Below, one piece after another: positions 10,046-19,778 of a stretch of DNA of 64,000 nt. A program made the translations under genes and the position numbers. Every line of letters starts with the position of its first letter. The stretch's first letter is position 1. The notes below the pieces were generated by a model that was given only the letters and a program-made list of their open reading frames with translations, was not told where the DNA came from and did no database searches. The stretch spans positions 1,344,001 to 1,408,000 of the forward strand of contig CAWHFW010000005.1 in the NCBI GenBank assembly GCA_963828735.1, read 5' to 3'. Origin of the DNA: an uncultured Gemmatimonadales bacterium (GTDB taxonomy: Bacteria > Gemmatimonadota > Gemmatimonadetes > Gemmatimonadales > GWC2-71-9).

Positions 10046-10435
10046 GTGCCGCCCCATCCGCCTGAGCTCAGCCGCCGTGAGCGCCAGATCATGGACATTC
10101 TGTACCGCCTGGGTGAGGCAGGTGCTGCCGAGGTCGTGGAGCACCTGTCGGACCGTCCGGCGTACAACTCGGTCCGGGTGACGTTGGGGATTCTGGAGCG
10201 GAAGGGCGTCGTCGGGCACCGGCGCGAAGGGACGCGATACATATACAGCCCCATTGTGCCGCCGGAGCGGGCACGGGAGTCCGCGCTCCGTCATGTCGTG
10301 CGGACGTTCTTTCGCGGATCGCCCTCCAAGGCGGTGCTCACCCTGCTGGATTCGCCGTCGACCCGGCTCTCGCAGGAGGAGTTGAACGAACTGGCGGCCT
10401 GGATCGAGGCCGCCAAGAGGGGGAAGCGCCCATGA
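10046..10435 (+). CDS. BlaI/MecI/CopY family transcriptional repressor
   Basis: LSRRERQIMDILY, YNSVRVTLGILERKG, RYIYSP, VRTFFRGS, LSQEEL. Confidence 0.93.
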   Translation: MPPHPPELSRRERQIMDILYRLGEAGAAEVVEHLSDRPAYNSVRVTLGILERKGVVGHRREGTRYIYSPIVPPERARESALRHVVRTFFRGSPSKAVLTLLDSPSTRLSQEELNELAAWIEAAKRGKRP

Positions 10436-12363
10436 GCCAGCTCGACCTGATCCAACTGCTCGGTGGCACCCTCGCCAAGGGCGGCCTGCTGCTGCTCCTC
10501 GCGGCCTTCGTCGTGCGCCTTCGCCGGCGGCATTCGGCGGCCGGCCGCTATGTCATCTGGACCACCACGTTTGCCGCGCTGCTGATGTTGCCGGCGCTCA
10601 GCGTCGTTCTGCCTCCCTTGGATCCGCGGTCGGCGCGCTCTTCCGATCCGATGACCGGCGAGCGCGTGATGGTCATGGCGCCGGCCATGCCCGAGGAAGG
10701 GCACAGCCGGGCGATGGTTCGCGCCATAGCCGGCCACCACGGCGACATGGACATGCAGATGCCCGACGGCCTCGACAGGGGCGACGGAATCGCATGGCGA
10801 CGGGCCGCGCGGGCCGCCAGCCCCTGGCTCCTCGGGGCGTGGCTTGCGGGCGTGCTTGTCGTGCTCTTCCGCCTCGTGCGTGACGTCCGGCGGATCGCCG
10901 GGGTCAGCCGGCGGGCGGCGACTCTCCGCCGGGGGCCGCTGCACCAGCTGTCCCTGGACGTAGCCGCGGAACTCGGCGTGACGCAACGCGTGCGCGTCGC
11001 GCTCAGCCGCGAGCTCGCCGTTCCCGTGAGCTGGGGATTGTTCTGCCCCGTCGTACTGCTTCCGGCCGCGTCACGCCGCTGGGACCCCGAACGGCGACGG
11101 GTGGTCCTGAGGCACGAGATGGCCCACATCCGTCGCGCGGACTACGCCGGGCATCTCGTGATCGAGGTCGCCTGCGCGCTGCATTGGGTCAATCCGCTGG
11201 CCTGGCGCGCTGCGCGGCGCGCGAGACAGGAGCAGGAGCAAGCGTGCGACGACCGGGTGCTCGCACTCGGGACGGGAGCGGTGGAGTACGCCGAGCATCT
11301 GCTCGACATCGCGCGGTCCTTCACCCGGCCGATGGCGCCGGCGCGCGGTGCCCTGGCCATGGCGGAGGCTGCGACGCTGCCGGAGCGCATGCGCGCGATT
11401 CTCGACGTCGGGCTCGATCACCGGCCGGCCGGCCGGCGCACGGTGCTGGCGGTTGCCGCCGCGTCGATGCTCTTCGGCGTTCCGACGGCCGCAATCCACC
11501 CCTGGGGCGAGACCCGGCGCGAGCGCGAGCTGGTGGCGCAGCTCGACGAACCTGATGTGGTCGCGCGGCGCGACGCGCTGTGGACGCTGGGCGCCCGCCG
11601 CGCGACCGGCGCCCGAGCTGTCATCACTGGGCGGCTCAGCGACGAGGATCCGGCGACGCGCGGCGTGGCCGCGTGGGCGCTCGGCCACCTCGGCGGGCGA
11701 TCCGCGCTCGCGCCCCTCACGACCGCGCTCCGGGACCCGGATGGCAACGTCCGGGAAATGGCGGTGCTGGCCCTGGGCGAGCTCGGGGATCCCAGAGCCG
11801 TGCCCGCGCTCGAGGCGTTGCGCCACGATCCGGAGCCCGGCGTCCGCTCGGTAATGACCGTGGCGCTGCGACGGATCGGCGGCGAGGAGGCGGGAGAGGC
11901 CCTCGCTCACCTGCTTCGGTCGGACGCCGACGTCCACACACGCGTCATGGCGGCGGGAGCGCTTCGCAAGTTCGAGAGCTCGGTGCGGATCGCCGCGCTC
12001 GAGGGCGCGTTGACCGACTCGGAGCCGGCCGTTCGCGCGAACGCGGCCAGCTCGCTCGGGCAACTCGGGGGCAGCGCATCCGTTCCCGCCTTGATGGACG
12101 CCCTCGCGCACGAGAGCGACCCCGACGCGACTGATGCGCTGATTCACGCCCTTGGTGTCTCGCACGACCCGCGCGCCACGGACGGGCTGATCCAGGTGCT
12201 GGGCGATACGCTCCCGGCGCTCCGCGAGAGTGCCGCGAAGGTGCTGGGCGAGTTGGGTGACGAACGGGCGGTGGAACCGCTGATCGCAGCCACCCGGGAC
12301 CCCGATCACGAGGTGCGTCTCACGGCGGTGTGGGCGCTCGACGCACTCCGGCAAGGGCGCTAG
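10432..12363 (+). CDS. M56 (BlaR1/MecR1-like) membrane metalloprotease with C-terminal HEAT repeats
   Basis: ATGA-coupled to the repressor. TM helices, HEMAH, WVNPL, EQACD, YAEHL, then repeated L.D.D..VR..A..ALG units. Confidence 0.9.
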   Translation: MSQLDLIQLLGGTLAKGGLLLLLAAFVVRLRRRHSAAGRYVIWTTTFAALLMLPALSVVLPPLDPRSARSSDPMTGERVMVMAPAMPEEGHSRAMVRAIAGHHGDMDMQMPDGLDRGDGIAWRRAARAASPWLLGAWLAGVLVVLFRLVRDVRRIAGVSRRAATLRRGPLHQLSLDVAAELGVTQRVRVALSRELAVPVSWGLFCPVVLLPAASRRWDPERRRVVLRHEMAHIRRADYAGHLVIEVACALHWVNPLAWRAARRARQEQEQACDDRVLALGTGAVEYAEHLLDIARSFTRPMAPARGALAMAEAATLPERMRAILDVGLDHRPAGRRTVLAVAAASMLFGVPTAAIHPWGETRRERELVAQLDEPDVVARRDALWTLGARRATGARAVITGRLSDEDPATRGVAAWALGHLGGRSALAPLTTALRDPDGNVREMAVLALGELGDPRAVPALEALRHDPEPGVRSVMTVALRRIGGEEAGEALAHLLRSDADVHTRVMAAGALRKFESSVRIAALEGALTDSEPAVRANAASSLGQLGGSASVPALMDALAHESDPDATDALIHALGVSHDPRATDGLIQVLGDTLPALRESAAKVLGELGDERAVEPLIAATRDPDHEVRLTAVWALDALRQGR

Positions 12364-12437
12364 CCTGCCGGCGGGCCCAAGACAGAACTGAGCGAGACCG
12401 GCGCAGCGACCAATGATGGCGCACACAGCACCCGTAA

Positions 12438-12455
12438 GTGCAAAAAACTTTTCAC
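12438..12455. promoter_or_regulatory. putative BlaI-family operator 2 (GTGCAAAAAACTTTTCAC)
   Basis: 18-bp quasi-palindrome upstream of the cytochrome gene. Confidence 0.65.
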
Positions 12456-12500
12456 ACAGAGACGCCGGTCGCACCCACCGCGCGTTCGTAGCGGTCCTGG

Positions 12501-12518
12501 GTGCAAAAAAATCTGCAC
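12501..12518. promoter_or_regulatory. putative BlaI-family operator 3 (GTGCAAAAAAATCTGCAC)
   Basis: 18-bp site with GTGCA/TGCAC arms, immediately before the GGAGG RBS of the cytochrome gene. Confidence 0.65.
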
Positions 12519-12529
12519 GTGGAGGCTCC

Positions 12530-13168
12530 ATGACCGCGCTCAAGCTGGCCTCAGCCGCCGCCATCGTTGTCCTCGCGGCCGGGGTGGCCTTCCTGACGCC
12601 CCGCCGAACCGTCAGTCTGCCCGCAGCACCCATGAGCGACACGATCCCCCGCTACAGCGGGGATTCCCTCATCCGGCCGAACGGCTTCGAGCGGTGGATA
12701 TTGGCCGGAGCATCCATGGGGCTCGGCTACTCCCAGCCGAGCGGGGCGGATGTGGCCGCGGCCGGCAAGACGGGCGGGATGTTCCACAACGTGTTCATCG
12801 AGCGCACCGCGTACGAGCATTACGTTCGCACCGGAAAGTTTCGGGAGAAGACCATGATGGCGATGACGCTCTACGAGCCGGGCCAGAAGGTCCATCCAAG
12901 CAAGCAGGGCTTCTTCGAGGGCGACTTCATCGCGGTCGAGTTCTCGGTGAAGGACAGCGAGCGATACCCGGGCAGCTGGGCGTACTTCAACTTCGGCAAG
13001 GGCGCCCCCGGATCCAGGTCGGTCGCGAATCCACGGCAGGGCTGCCAGTCGTGCCATGCCCAGAACGCGGCCGACGACAACGTCTTCGTCCAGTTCTATC
13101 CCACGTTGCGCGCGGTGAGCTACAAGTTCGACCGAAAGCCAGCCGCGGACTCGACGAGGCAGCCATGA
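12530..13168 (+). CDS. cytochrome P460-fold (cytochrome c'-beta-like) periplasmic c-type cytochrome
   Basis: GGAGG RBS, signal/anchor, FHNVFI, VKDSERY..WAYFNF, CQSCH heme motif near the C-terminus, VFVQFYP. Confidence 0.85.
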   Translation: MTALKLASAAAIVVLAAGVAFLTPRRTVSLPAAPMSDTIPRYSGDSLIRPNGFERWILAGASMGLGYSQPSGADVAAAGKTGGMFHNVFIERTAYEHYVRTGKFREKTMMAMTLYEPGQKVHPSKQGFFEGDFIAVEFSVKDSERYPGSWAYFNFGKGAPGSRSVANPRQGCQSCHAQNAADDNVFVQFYPTLRAVSYKFDRKPAADSTRQP

Positions 13169-14124
13169 GCGCGGTCACCCGGCGGAGCTTTCTTGGCGCT
13201 GCCGCGGGGTGCGCCGGCTACCTGCTGACCGCGCTCGGCGGGGCCACCGACGCCACGCGCCGGCTCTTCGCCGCCGAGCCGCGCGGCACGCCGGTCCGCG
13301 TCGAGCCCTGGGGTCGGCTCGAGCGCGTGGCTGACGGGGTCTGGATGCTGATCTCGACGCCCCTTGCGGGATCCGAGGCGAGCGGCGCCATGCGCACCTT
13401 CTCGAACGGAGGGATCGTCGCCGGCCGCGACGGTGTCCTCGCGATCGAAGGCTTCGCGAGCGTGGAGGGCGCGCGCTGGCTCGCCGGGGAGGCGCGGCGC
13501 CTCACGGGTCGTTCGCCCACGCAGGTCGTCCTCACCCACTACCACGGCGATCACTCGGCGGGACTCGGCGGATATGGCTCGGAGGGCGGCTCGGTCGAGC
13601 TGATGGGGACGGCGACGACTCGGGAGTGGCTCCTGCGGAGGCGCCCAGCGGCGGTGGTCCCGGGGAGCATGCTTCCCGCCGACCGCGAAACCGAGCTCGA
13701 TCTCGGCGGACGGCGCGTGCGGATCACCCCGCGCGAAGGGCACACCGCCAGCGACCTCACGGTCGAGGTGGTGGACCCGCGCGTCGTCTTCTGTGGTGAC
13801 CTGGTGTGGATTGGCCTGTTCCCCAACTTCGTCGACGCGATTCCCAGTCGGCAGACCGCGCACGTACGAAAGCTCCTCGCCGAGCCGGCCGCGCTCTGGG
13901 TGCCGGGCCACGGAACGGCCGCGCGCGACGCGGACCTGCGCGTCTTCCTGTCGTTGCTAGAGTCGATCGAGGAGGGAGCGCGCCGCGCAGTCGCTCGTGG
14001 CGTGCCGGCCGCCGACGCCGCCAAGGACTGGCAGCCGCCCACAGCGCTCGGCGAATGGGTGCGCTTCTCTGACGACTACTACGAGACCGCGTTTCGCGCG
14101 TGGGAACGGGAGCTTCGGTTATGA
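13165..14124 (+). CDS. Tat-exported metallo-beta-lactamase-fold hydrolase
   Basis: TRRSFLG twin-arginine signal, THYHGDH, GHT, GDL, VPGHG. ATGA overlap with the cytochrome gene. Confidence 0.88.
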   Translation: MSAVTRRSFLGAAAGCAGYLLTALGGATDATRRLFAAEPRGTPVRVEPWGRLERVADGVWMLISTPLAGSEASGAMRTFSNGGIVAGRDGVLAIEGFASVEGARWLAGEARRLTGRSPTQVVLTHYHGDHSAGLGGYGSEGGSVELMGTATTREWLLRRRPAAVVPGSMLPADRETELDLGGRRVRITPREGHTASDLTVEVVDPRVVFCGDLVWIGLFPNFVDAIPSRQTAHVRKLLAEPAALWVPGHGTAARDADLRVFLSLLESIEEGARRAVARGVPAADAAKDWQPPTALGEWVRFSDDYYETAFRAWERELRL

Positions 14125-14169
14125 TCGCGCCTGGAGCGAGGCCGCCCGGCGCAAGCCCGTGGTGGGGCC

Positions 14170-15471
14170 CTAGCCTGCGGGCGTGTCGGTCCGCGCAGCC
14201 GGGGCCGCGATGATCCCTCGCTCGATGTAGATCGGCCGGACGAGCTGTCGGAGCTGTGGCAACCGGCTCGCGAACCAGGCCGCTCCCAGCAGGCAGACGA
14301 CGCCACCGGCCGCGATGGTCAGCGGCTCGCCGATGCGGTCGGCGAGCACGCCGGCCATCAGGCTGCCGAGCGGCGCGGTGCCGAGGAAGGCCATCGTGTA
14401 AAACGCCATCACTCGGCCGCGCAGGTGCTCCTCGGTGAGGGTCTGTACGATCGTGTTCGATGCCGCGAGCGACACCATGAATCCCGCGCCGATGAGCGGC
14501 ATGATGAGGAGGGAAAGCCACAGCGTGCGCGACGCGCCGAGCGCGACGAGGGCCGCGCCGAAAACCCCCGAAGCCACCGCGATGACCCGTCCGAGCCCCA
14601 CCACCGACGATCGCGCGGCGAGGAAGAACGCTCCGGCGAGCGCGCCGACCCCTGAGGCAGTCATCAACCAGCCGAGCGTATGCGGGCCGCCGTGGAGGAG
14701 CTTGGCGACGACCGCGGGCAGCAGCACGGCGTACGGCATTCCCATCGTGCTCACGAGTGCGAGGAGTAGCAGGACCGTTCGAATGGGAACGAATTCCGTG
14801 ACGTACCGGAATCCGGCTCTGAGCTCCTCGACCAGGTTCGATTCGCCACGGCGGCGGTCCTCATGCACAACGCGCATGGCCGTGAGCGACGCGAGCACCG
14901 CCAGGTAGGAGATCGCGTCCACCAGGAAGCACCAGCCCTCCCCCACCGCCGCAATGAGGACGCCCCCGATGGACGGACCGAGAATCCGGCTGGCGTTCAC
15001 GATGGACGAGTTGAGCGCGATGGCGTTCGGCAGGTCGGCGCGGTCCTCGATCATCGAGACGACGAAGGCCTGACGCGCCGGGGTATCGAAGGCGTTGATG
15101 ATTCCCTGGAAAACCTGGAGGACCAGCACCTCCGCGACGGTGATGATCCCCGCCAGCGCGAGCACCGCGAGCGCGAGTGACTGCAGCATGGACAGCACCT
15201 GGGTGATCACCAGCACGCGGTGCCGATTCCACCGATCCACGAAGACGCCGGCCACCGGGGCCAGGAACAGCGTCGGGATCTGTCCGCAGAAGCCGACGAC
15301 GCCGAGCAACAGCGCCGAGCCGGTCAGGCGGTAGATGAGCCAACTGGTCGCGATGCGGGTGATCCAGGTTCCGACCAGCGAGAGGCTCTGCCCCGCGAAG
15401 AAGAGGCGGTAATTCCGGTGGCGCAGGGCGCGTACCATCGACGGGCGGGCGGCGGGAGTCGCGGGCAGCAT
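14170..15471 (-). CDS. MFS transporter
   Basis: About 12 hydrophobic segments, ALRHRNYRLFF, GVFVDRWNR, LRGRVM. Confidence 0.9.
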   Translation of the reverse strand: MLPATPAARPSMVRALRHRNYRLFFAGQSLSLVGTWITRIATSWLIYRLTGSALLLGVVGFCGQIPTLFLAPVAGVFVDRWNRHRVLVITQVLSMLQSLALAVLALAGIITVAEVLVLQVFQGIINAFDTPARQAFVVSMIEDRADLPNAIALNSSIVNASRILGPSIGGVLIAAVGEGWCFLVDAISYLAVLASLTAMRVVHEDRRRGESNLVEELRAGFRYVTEFVPIRTVLLLLALVSTMGMPYAVLLPAVVAKLLHGGPHTLGWLMTASGVGALAGAFFLAARSSVVGLGRVIAVASGVFGAALVALGASRTLWLSLLIMPLIGAGFMVSLAASNTIVQTLTEEHLRGRVMAFYTMAFLGTAPLGSLMAGVLADRIGEPLTIAAGGVVCLLGAAWFASRLPQLRQLVRPIYIERGIIAAPAARTDTPAG

Positions 15472-15555
15472 GACCGCGGATGATAATGGGAGCGGCCTCT
15501 GCGCTGTGTGCGCGTTGGGCGGCGACCTGGTTGCGGACAGTCTCTTCGGGCTGGC

Positions 15556-17031
15556 CTATCGCTTCGATTCAAGACCGCCGCGCGGGCGCGCCGCCTTTCC
15601 ACTGCCAATTGTGAGAAACGCGACCACGGCTCCGGCGACGCACAATCCCGCGCAGATCCACATCGCGCGCGTGTATCCGGCCGAGAAATCGGGGCCCTCG
15701 AGATGCGCCATCCCTCCAATCCCCGCCGCGAGCGGCAGCGCGGCGGCGGCGAGGAGACCGGCCAGGCGAGCCGCGGCGTTGTTGATCCCCGAGGCGATGC
15801 CCGCCTCACGTTGGTCCACCGCCCCCAGGACAGCGGTCGTGAGCGGGGCGACGAGGGACCCGATCCCGAGCCCGAACACGATCGCGGCCGGAAGCACGAC
15901 GGTGACGTACGAGGAGCCGGGGCCGATCCGCGAGAAGAGGAGCATCGCCACCGCGGCCAGGAGAGCGCCGACCGTCATGGGGAGCCGGGGCCCGACCCGC
16001 GCTGCCAGGCGGCCCGCACGGGGCGAAAGCGCGCCCATGATGACGCTGACCGGGAGTAAGGCCGCGCCGGCTCTCACCGCACTGTAGCCGAGGTTGCTCT
16101 GGAGCTGCGGCATGAGCAGAAAAAGGAGGCCGCTCAGGGCAGCGTAGACCAGGAGCGTCATCAGGTTCGCGCCACTGAACTGGCGCGAGCGGAAAACGTG
16201 GAGCGGGAGGAGCGGTTGGGCGTCCTGCCTCCCGAGACGGCGTTCCTGGAGCACGAACGCGGCCAGCAGAGCGACGCCGCCGATACCGGCGCCGAGCACG
16301 GCCGGATGCCCCGCGCCCCAATCCGGGCCCACGATGAGTGCCCCGACGACTCCGGCCAGTCCGAGCGTCACCAGCGCCGCGCCCAGGATGTCCAGTTGGT
16401 GCGCGCCAGCCTGCCGGCGGGCGGGCGGTGTCTCGCCGGCCGGCGCGTGCCGCGTGCCGATCCACGCGGCGCCCAGCGCGAAGGGCACGACGCTCGCGAA
16501 GACCCAGCGCCACGATCCCGCGTCTACCAGCCACCCGCCCGCGAGCGGTCCCAGTGCGGTCGAGATCGCCGACCACCCCGTCCATTGGCCGATGGCCGCC
16601 CCGCGCTCGTCGCCCTGGAACGAGGTCTCGAGCACCGCCAGACTGTTGGGGACGAGCAGCGCTCCCGCAGTGCCCTGAAGCAGCCGGAGAATGACCAGCA
16701 CGGGAAGGGTCGGTGCCAGGGCGCACCCGAGGGACGCGGCCGCGAAGCCCACGCACCCGACGGTAAAGACCCGGGAGCGCCGATACTGATCGCCGAGCGA
16801 GCCGCCGAGCAGCATGAGCGCGCTCAGGGTCAGCAGGTAGCCGTTGACCACCCACTGCAGCCCTTCGACGCCCAGCCCGAAGTCGCGGGCGATCGCCGGC
16901 AAGGCGACGTTCACCGCGGTGCCTTCGAGGAACGCCGCGCCCGACCCCAGCACCGCGCCGGCGACGATCCACCGACCCGTCGCGGAGTCGTGGCGGACGG
17001 GATCCTTCGTGCTCGGACGATCGCTGGCCAT
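15556..17031 (-). CDS. MFS transporter, DHA2 (14-TM drug:H+ antiporter) family
   Basis: VNVALPAI, WVVNGYLL, GGSLGD, ERGAAIG, GIASGINNA. ATG at 17031. Confidence 0.9.
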   Translation of the reverse strand: MASDRPSTKDPVRHDSATGRWIVAGAVLGSGAAFLEGTAVNVALPAIARDFGLGVEGLQWVVNGYLLTLSALMLLGGSLGDQYRRSRVFTVGCVGFAAASLGCALAPTLPVLVILRLLQGTAGALLVPNSLAVLETSFQGDERGAAIGQWTGWSAISTALGPLAGGWLVDAGSWRWVFASVVPFALGAAWIGTRHAPAGETPPARRQAGAHQLDILGAALVTLGLAGVVGALIVGPDWGAGHPAVLGAGIGGVALLAAFVLQERRLGRQDAQPLLPLHVFRSRQFSGANLMTLLVYAALSGLLFLLMPQLQSNLGYSAVRAGAALLPVSVIMGALSPRAGRLAARVGPRLPMTVGALLAAVAMLLFSRIGPGSSYVTVVLPAAIVFGLGIGSLVAPLTTAVLGAVDQREAGIASGINNAAARLAGLLAAAALPLAAGIGGMAHLEGPDFSAGYTRAMWICAGLCVAGAVVAFLTIGSGKAARPRGGLESKR

Positions 17032-17288
17032 TCTGCCTCCCGAGGCTCCGGGAAAGCAAGCCGTCCCCGGGATCACCGGGAAGCCCGCGGCATCGCGGCC
17101 GTCGAGAGGCGACCGGCCGCAACGCGGCCACGGCTGCTCGAGCGCCTCGCGACGCTGGCATGCGCTAACGACCCCGCATCGCCTGACCTGTCGTCGTGGT
17201 CTGGTTGACCAGCAAGGCCTGAGCAGTTCTCACCTGCGGACCGGGAATGTATCGTGCAGGCCGTACGCTCATCCCACGAGGCGACGCG

Positions 17289-18323
17289 ATGACCGACCAG
17301 ACCACCGACTACGCCGCCGTCGTCGAGCAGCTCCGGCGACTGGCGCGCGATCCGTTCGAGGTGCCGAAGGAGCTGCACGGACTCCGGCGCCGGATCGAGA
17401 GCGAGCGAGAGAAGACCCATCACCACATGATGGAGCGCCTGGCGAAGGAGACTCGGATCGATATCCAGGGCCTCTTCGACGAGGCCCGGCGCCGCGGCGC
17501 CGCAAAGCGTCGCTACATGACGCAGGCGCTCGAGCCCCTGGAGGCCTAGGCGCTGGCCGAGGCGCGGGCGCAGAAGGAGCAGTTTCACAAGGCGCGCTCG
17601 GCGTACCAGGCGAGCTTCGCCGCGGGGCTGCCGCTGGCGGCGGCGCTTCCCCCACAGCTCAAGTTCCGCCGGCCCTTCGACTCGGCCTCCTCCGCGACGC
17701 GGGGCGACTGCAACGAGATCATAGGCGGTACCGATCCCGACGCCGGGACCTGGGAGGCCGCTGCCGACCTGGTCGACAACGGCGACGCCGGGGTCTGGCT
17801 CCATCCCTTCATCTCGTCGGACACCGGCGACTGCGACGACTCCACCGGAGCCAGCACGTTTCAGGACCTGAGCTACGCGATGGGTCCGCCGGCGACCAGC
17901 TTCTACGTCTCCAGCGTGCGGGTGGACCTGGTCGGCAACGGCGTCGCGAGCTCCGTGCTGGGCGACTTCAAGTGGCCTACCAAGGCGAGCCCGCTCTACG
18001 AGCACTCCTTCGTGAAACTGGACGTGTACCTGGCCCAGCAGGTCAACGGCGAGTGGCAGTACTGGCCGCTGGTGTCGGACCAGCTGTTCTCGGGCAAGGG
18101 CGACTACACCCGGCAGATCCGCTCGGTGCTGTCGGGAGGGCCTTATCCGGCCAGCATCGTGCTGCGAAAACCGGACGCGGGAGGGAGCAACGTGGTGTGC
18201 CACCTCCAGGTGGTCTGCTCGGCGCTGGCAATCGGGAGCAATGGGCGGGTGAAGATCGACTACCGCGCGCCCGATCTCGGTATTTTCGTCGGCGGGGTGG
18301 CGCTGCTGGGTCAGGACGTCTGA
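17289..18323 (+). pseudogene. hypothetical protein interrupted by an in-frame TAG at 17547-17549
   Basis: ORFs 17247..17549 and 17880..18323 are in the same frame. The intervening frame is open with coding-like usage (ALAEARAQKEQFHKARSAY...). Confidence 0.7.
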
Positions 18324-18365
18324 CCGGGTTGCTCCCGGCGCTTGGGTCACCCTCTCTTCAGCAAA

Positions 18366-18390
18366 ACGGGCCACCGGTAAGGTGGCCCGT
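18366..18390 (-). terminator. intrinsic terminator-like hairpin downstream of the displaced tRNA fragment
   Basis: Perfect 10-bp stem ACGGGCCACC/GGTGGCCCGT, ending GTTTT on the minus strand. Confidence 0.6.
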
Positions 18391-18406
18391 ACGTGTTTGG
18401 AGTGTG

Positions 18407-18450
18407 AGAGGCGCCGATCGGAATCGAACCGATGAACGGAGGTTTTGCAG
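18407..18450 (-). repeat. att direct repeat: duplicate of the 3' half of tRNA-Cys
   Basis: 43/44 identical to 23009-23052 (single mismatch 18437 C vs 23039 T). It ends just past the anticodon loop. Confidence 0.9.
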
Positions 18451-18998
18451 TTCTAACCCGCCGTTTGCGGCCCATTGCGGCTGTTTCTAAGTCGTTGCCG
18501 GGGAAGGCTAGTCATTCGTAGCGAAGGTTCAGGCTTTCCACTCCTCTTGCGTGCGTTCCGGGCGAATCTTCCCACGATCTTCCCAGCAACCGTTGGCTGG
18601 CAGTTCAAAGTCCGCACCGCTTTTCCAGCCAAGGAAGCCAAGCGGCCAGACCGTCAATCGTCAGTGCGACAGCAAGATCTGAGGGATAAAGGGGGAACTC
18701 GACAAGAAAGCGATGGTGGGAAGGCATCCCCATCACCCGTTGTGGTGCGTGGCGAACGTGCCATCTCGATCCTGTGGTACGCCACCGTACACCAGAGAGC
18801 CCTGATGGAGCCGTGAGTCGTGACGGTCCTCACTGATTCCCCCGCTCTCGAGCCCTACCCTCCAAGGAACGGATGGCGGAAGATGCCGTCCCGTTGGGAG
18901 CAGCACAGGGTTTTCACTCGTCGGCTCTGATGAGTCGACCGGCCCCGGCCGCCAGCCTCAGGCACGGCTTCGACCACCGACCAAAAAACCCGCCATCG

Positions 18999-19757
18999 AT
19001 GACCTCGCCTCTACCCCACTTCCATTCCGCCGGGCCGGCCGAGACCGCCGACCGGGATTCGTCGTCCGACGCGTATGCCCTCCGATTTGCCGGCGGGGTC
19101 GGACGCTGGTTCCTCGAACTCCAGGCTCGGCTGACGGTGGAGGCGCTGTCGGGCCTGCCTCGAGGAGCGAGTGTACTCGACGTCGGGGGCGGGCATGCGC
19201 AGGTGGCTCCGCCCGTGATCGAGGCCGGATACCGGGTGACGGTGGTGGGCAGCGACGCGTCCTGCGGCGCGCGGCTGGCCCGCTGGACGACCTCGCGGCA
19301 GTGCGCCTTTCAAGTGGGAGATCTGCAGCACCTGCCGTACCCCGACCGGGAGTTCGACGCGGTCGTCTGTTACCGCCTTCTGGCGCACAGTGTCGACTGG
19401 CGAGCGCTGGTGCGCGAGTTGTGTCGGGTCGCGGCCAGCCGGGTGATCATCGACTACCCGTCCCGGCGAAGCATGAACGCGGTGTCCGACGGCCTGTTCC
19501 GGATGAAGCGCTCGATCGAGGGCGCAATGACGCGCCCGTACGCCATGTACCACCCCGGTGAGATCGCCGAGACATTCGATGACGCGGGGTTCGCGGTGGT
19601 CAGCTCCGCCCCCCAGTTCTTCCTGCCGATGGTGATCCACCGGCTCGGCCGATCGGCCCGGCTCGCCCAGGCGCTCGAGTGGCCGGCCGGCCGGATCGGC
19701 CTCACCCGGCTGTTGGGCTCCCCCGTCATCGTCCGGGCCGACCGTCGGCCCGCCTGA
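18999..19757 (+). CDS. class I SAM-dependent methyltransferase
   Basis: VLDVGGGHAQ motif I, GDLQHLPYPDREFDAVVC, ELCRVA. Confidence 0.85.
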   Translation: MTSPLPHFHSAGPAETADRDSSSDAYALRFAGGVGRWFLELQARLTVEALSGLPRGASVLDVGGGHAQVAPPVIEAGYRVTVVGSDASCGARLARWTTSRQCAFQVGDLQHLPYPDREFDAVVCYRLLAHSVDWRALVRELCRVAASRVIIDYPSRRSMNAVSDGLFRMKRSIEGAMTRPYAMYHPGEIAETFDDAGFAVVSSAPQFFLPMVIHRLGRSARLAQALEWPAGRIGLTRLLGSPVIVRADRRPA

Positions 19758-19778
19758 GCCGAGCAAGAGAATACCAAG

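Noticed and set aside
17547..17549. Pyrrolysine or alternative genetic code
   Set aside because: TAG terminates many clear genes here (e.g. 3190, 9965, 12363), and there are no pyl genes in the window.
18407..18450. Second tRNA-Cys gene
   Set aside because: It lacks the 5' acceptor strand and D arm; it is the att duplicate.
18460..18990. ORFs 18475..18816 and 18453..18641 as integrase remnants
   Set aside because: No R-H-R-Y catalytic motifs and non-coding-like composition.
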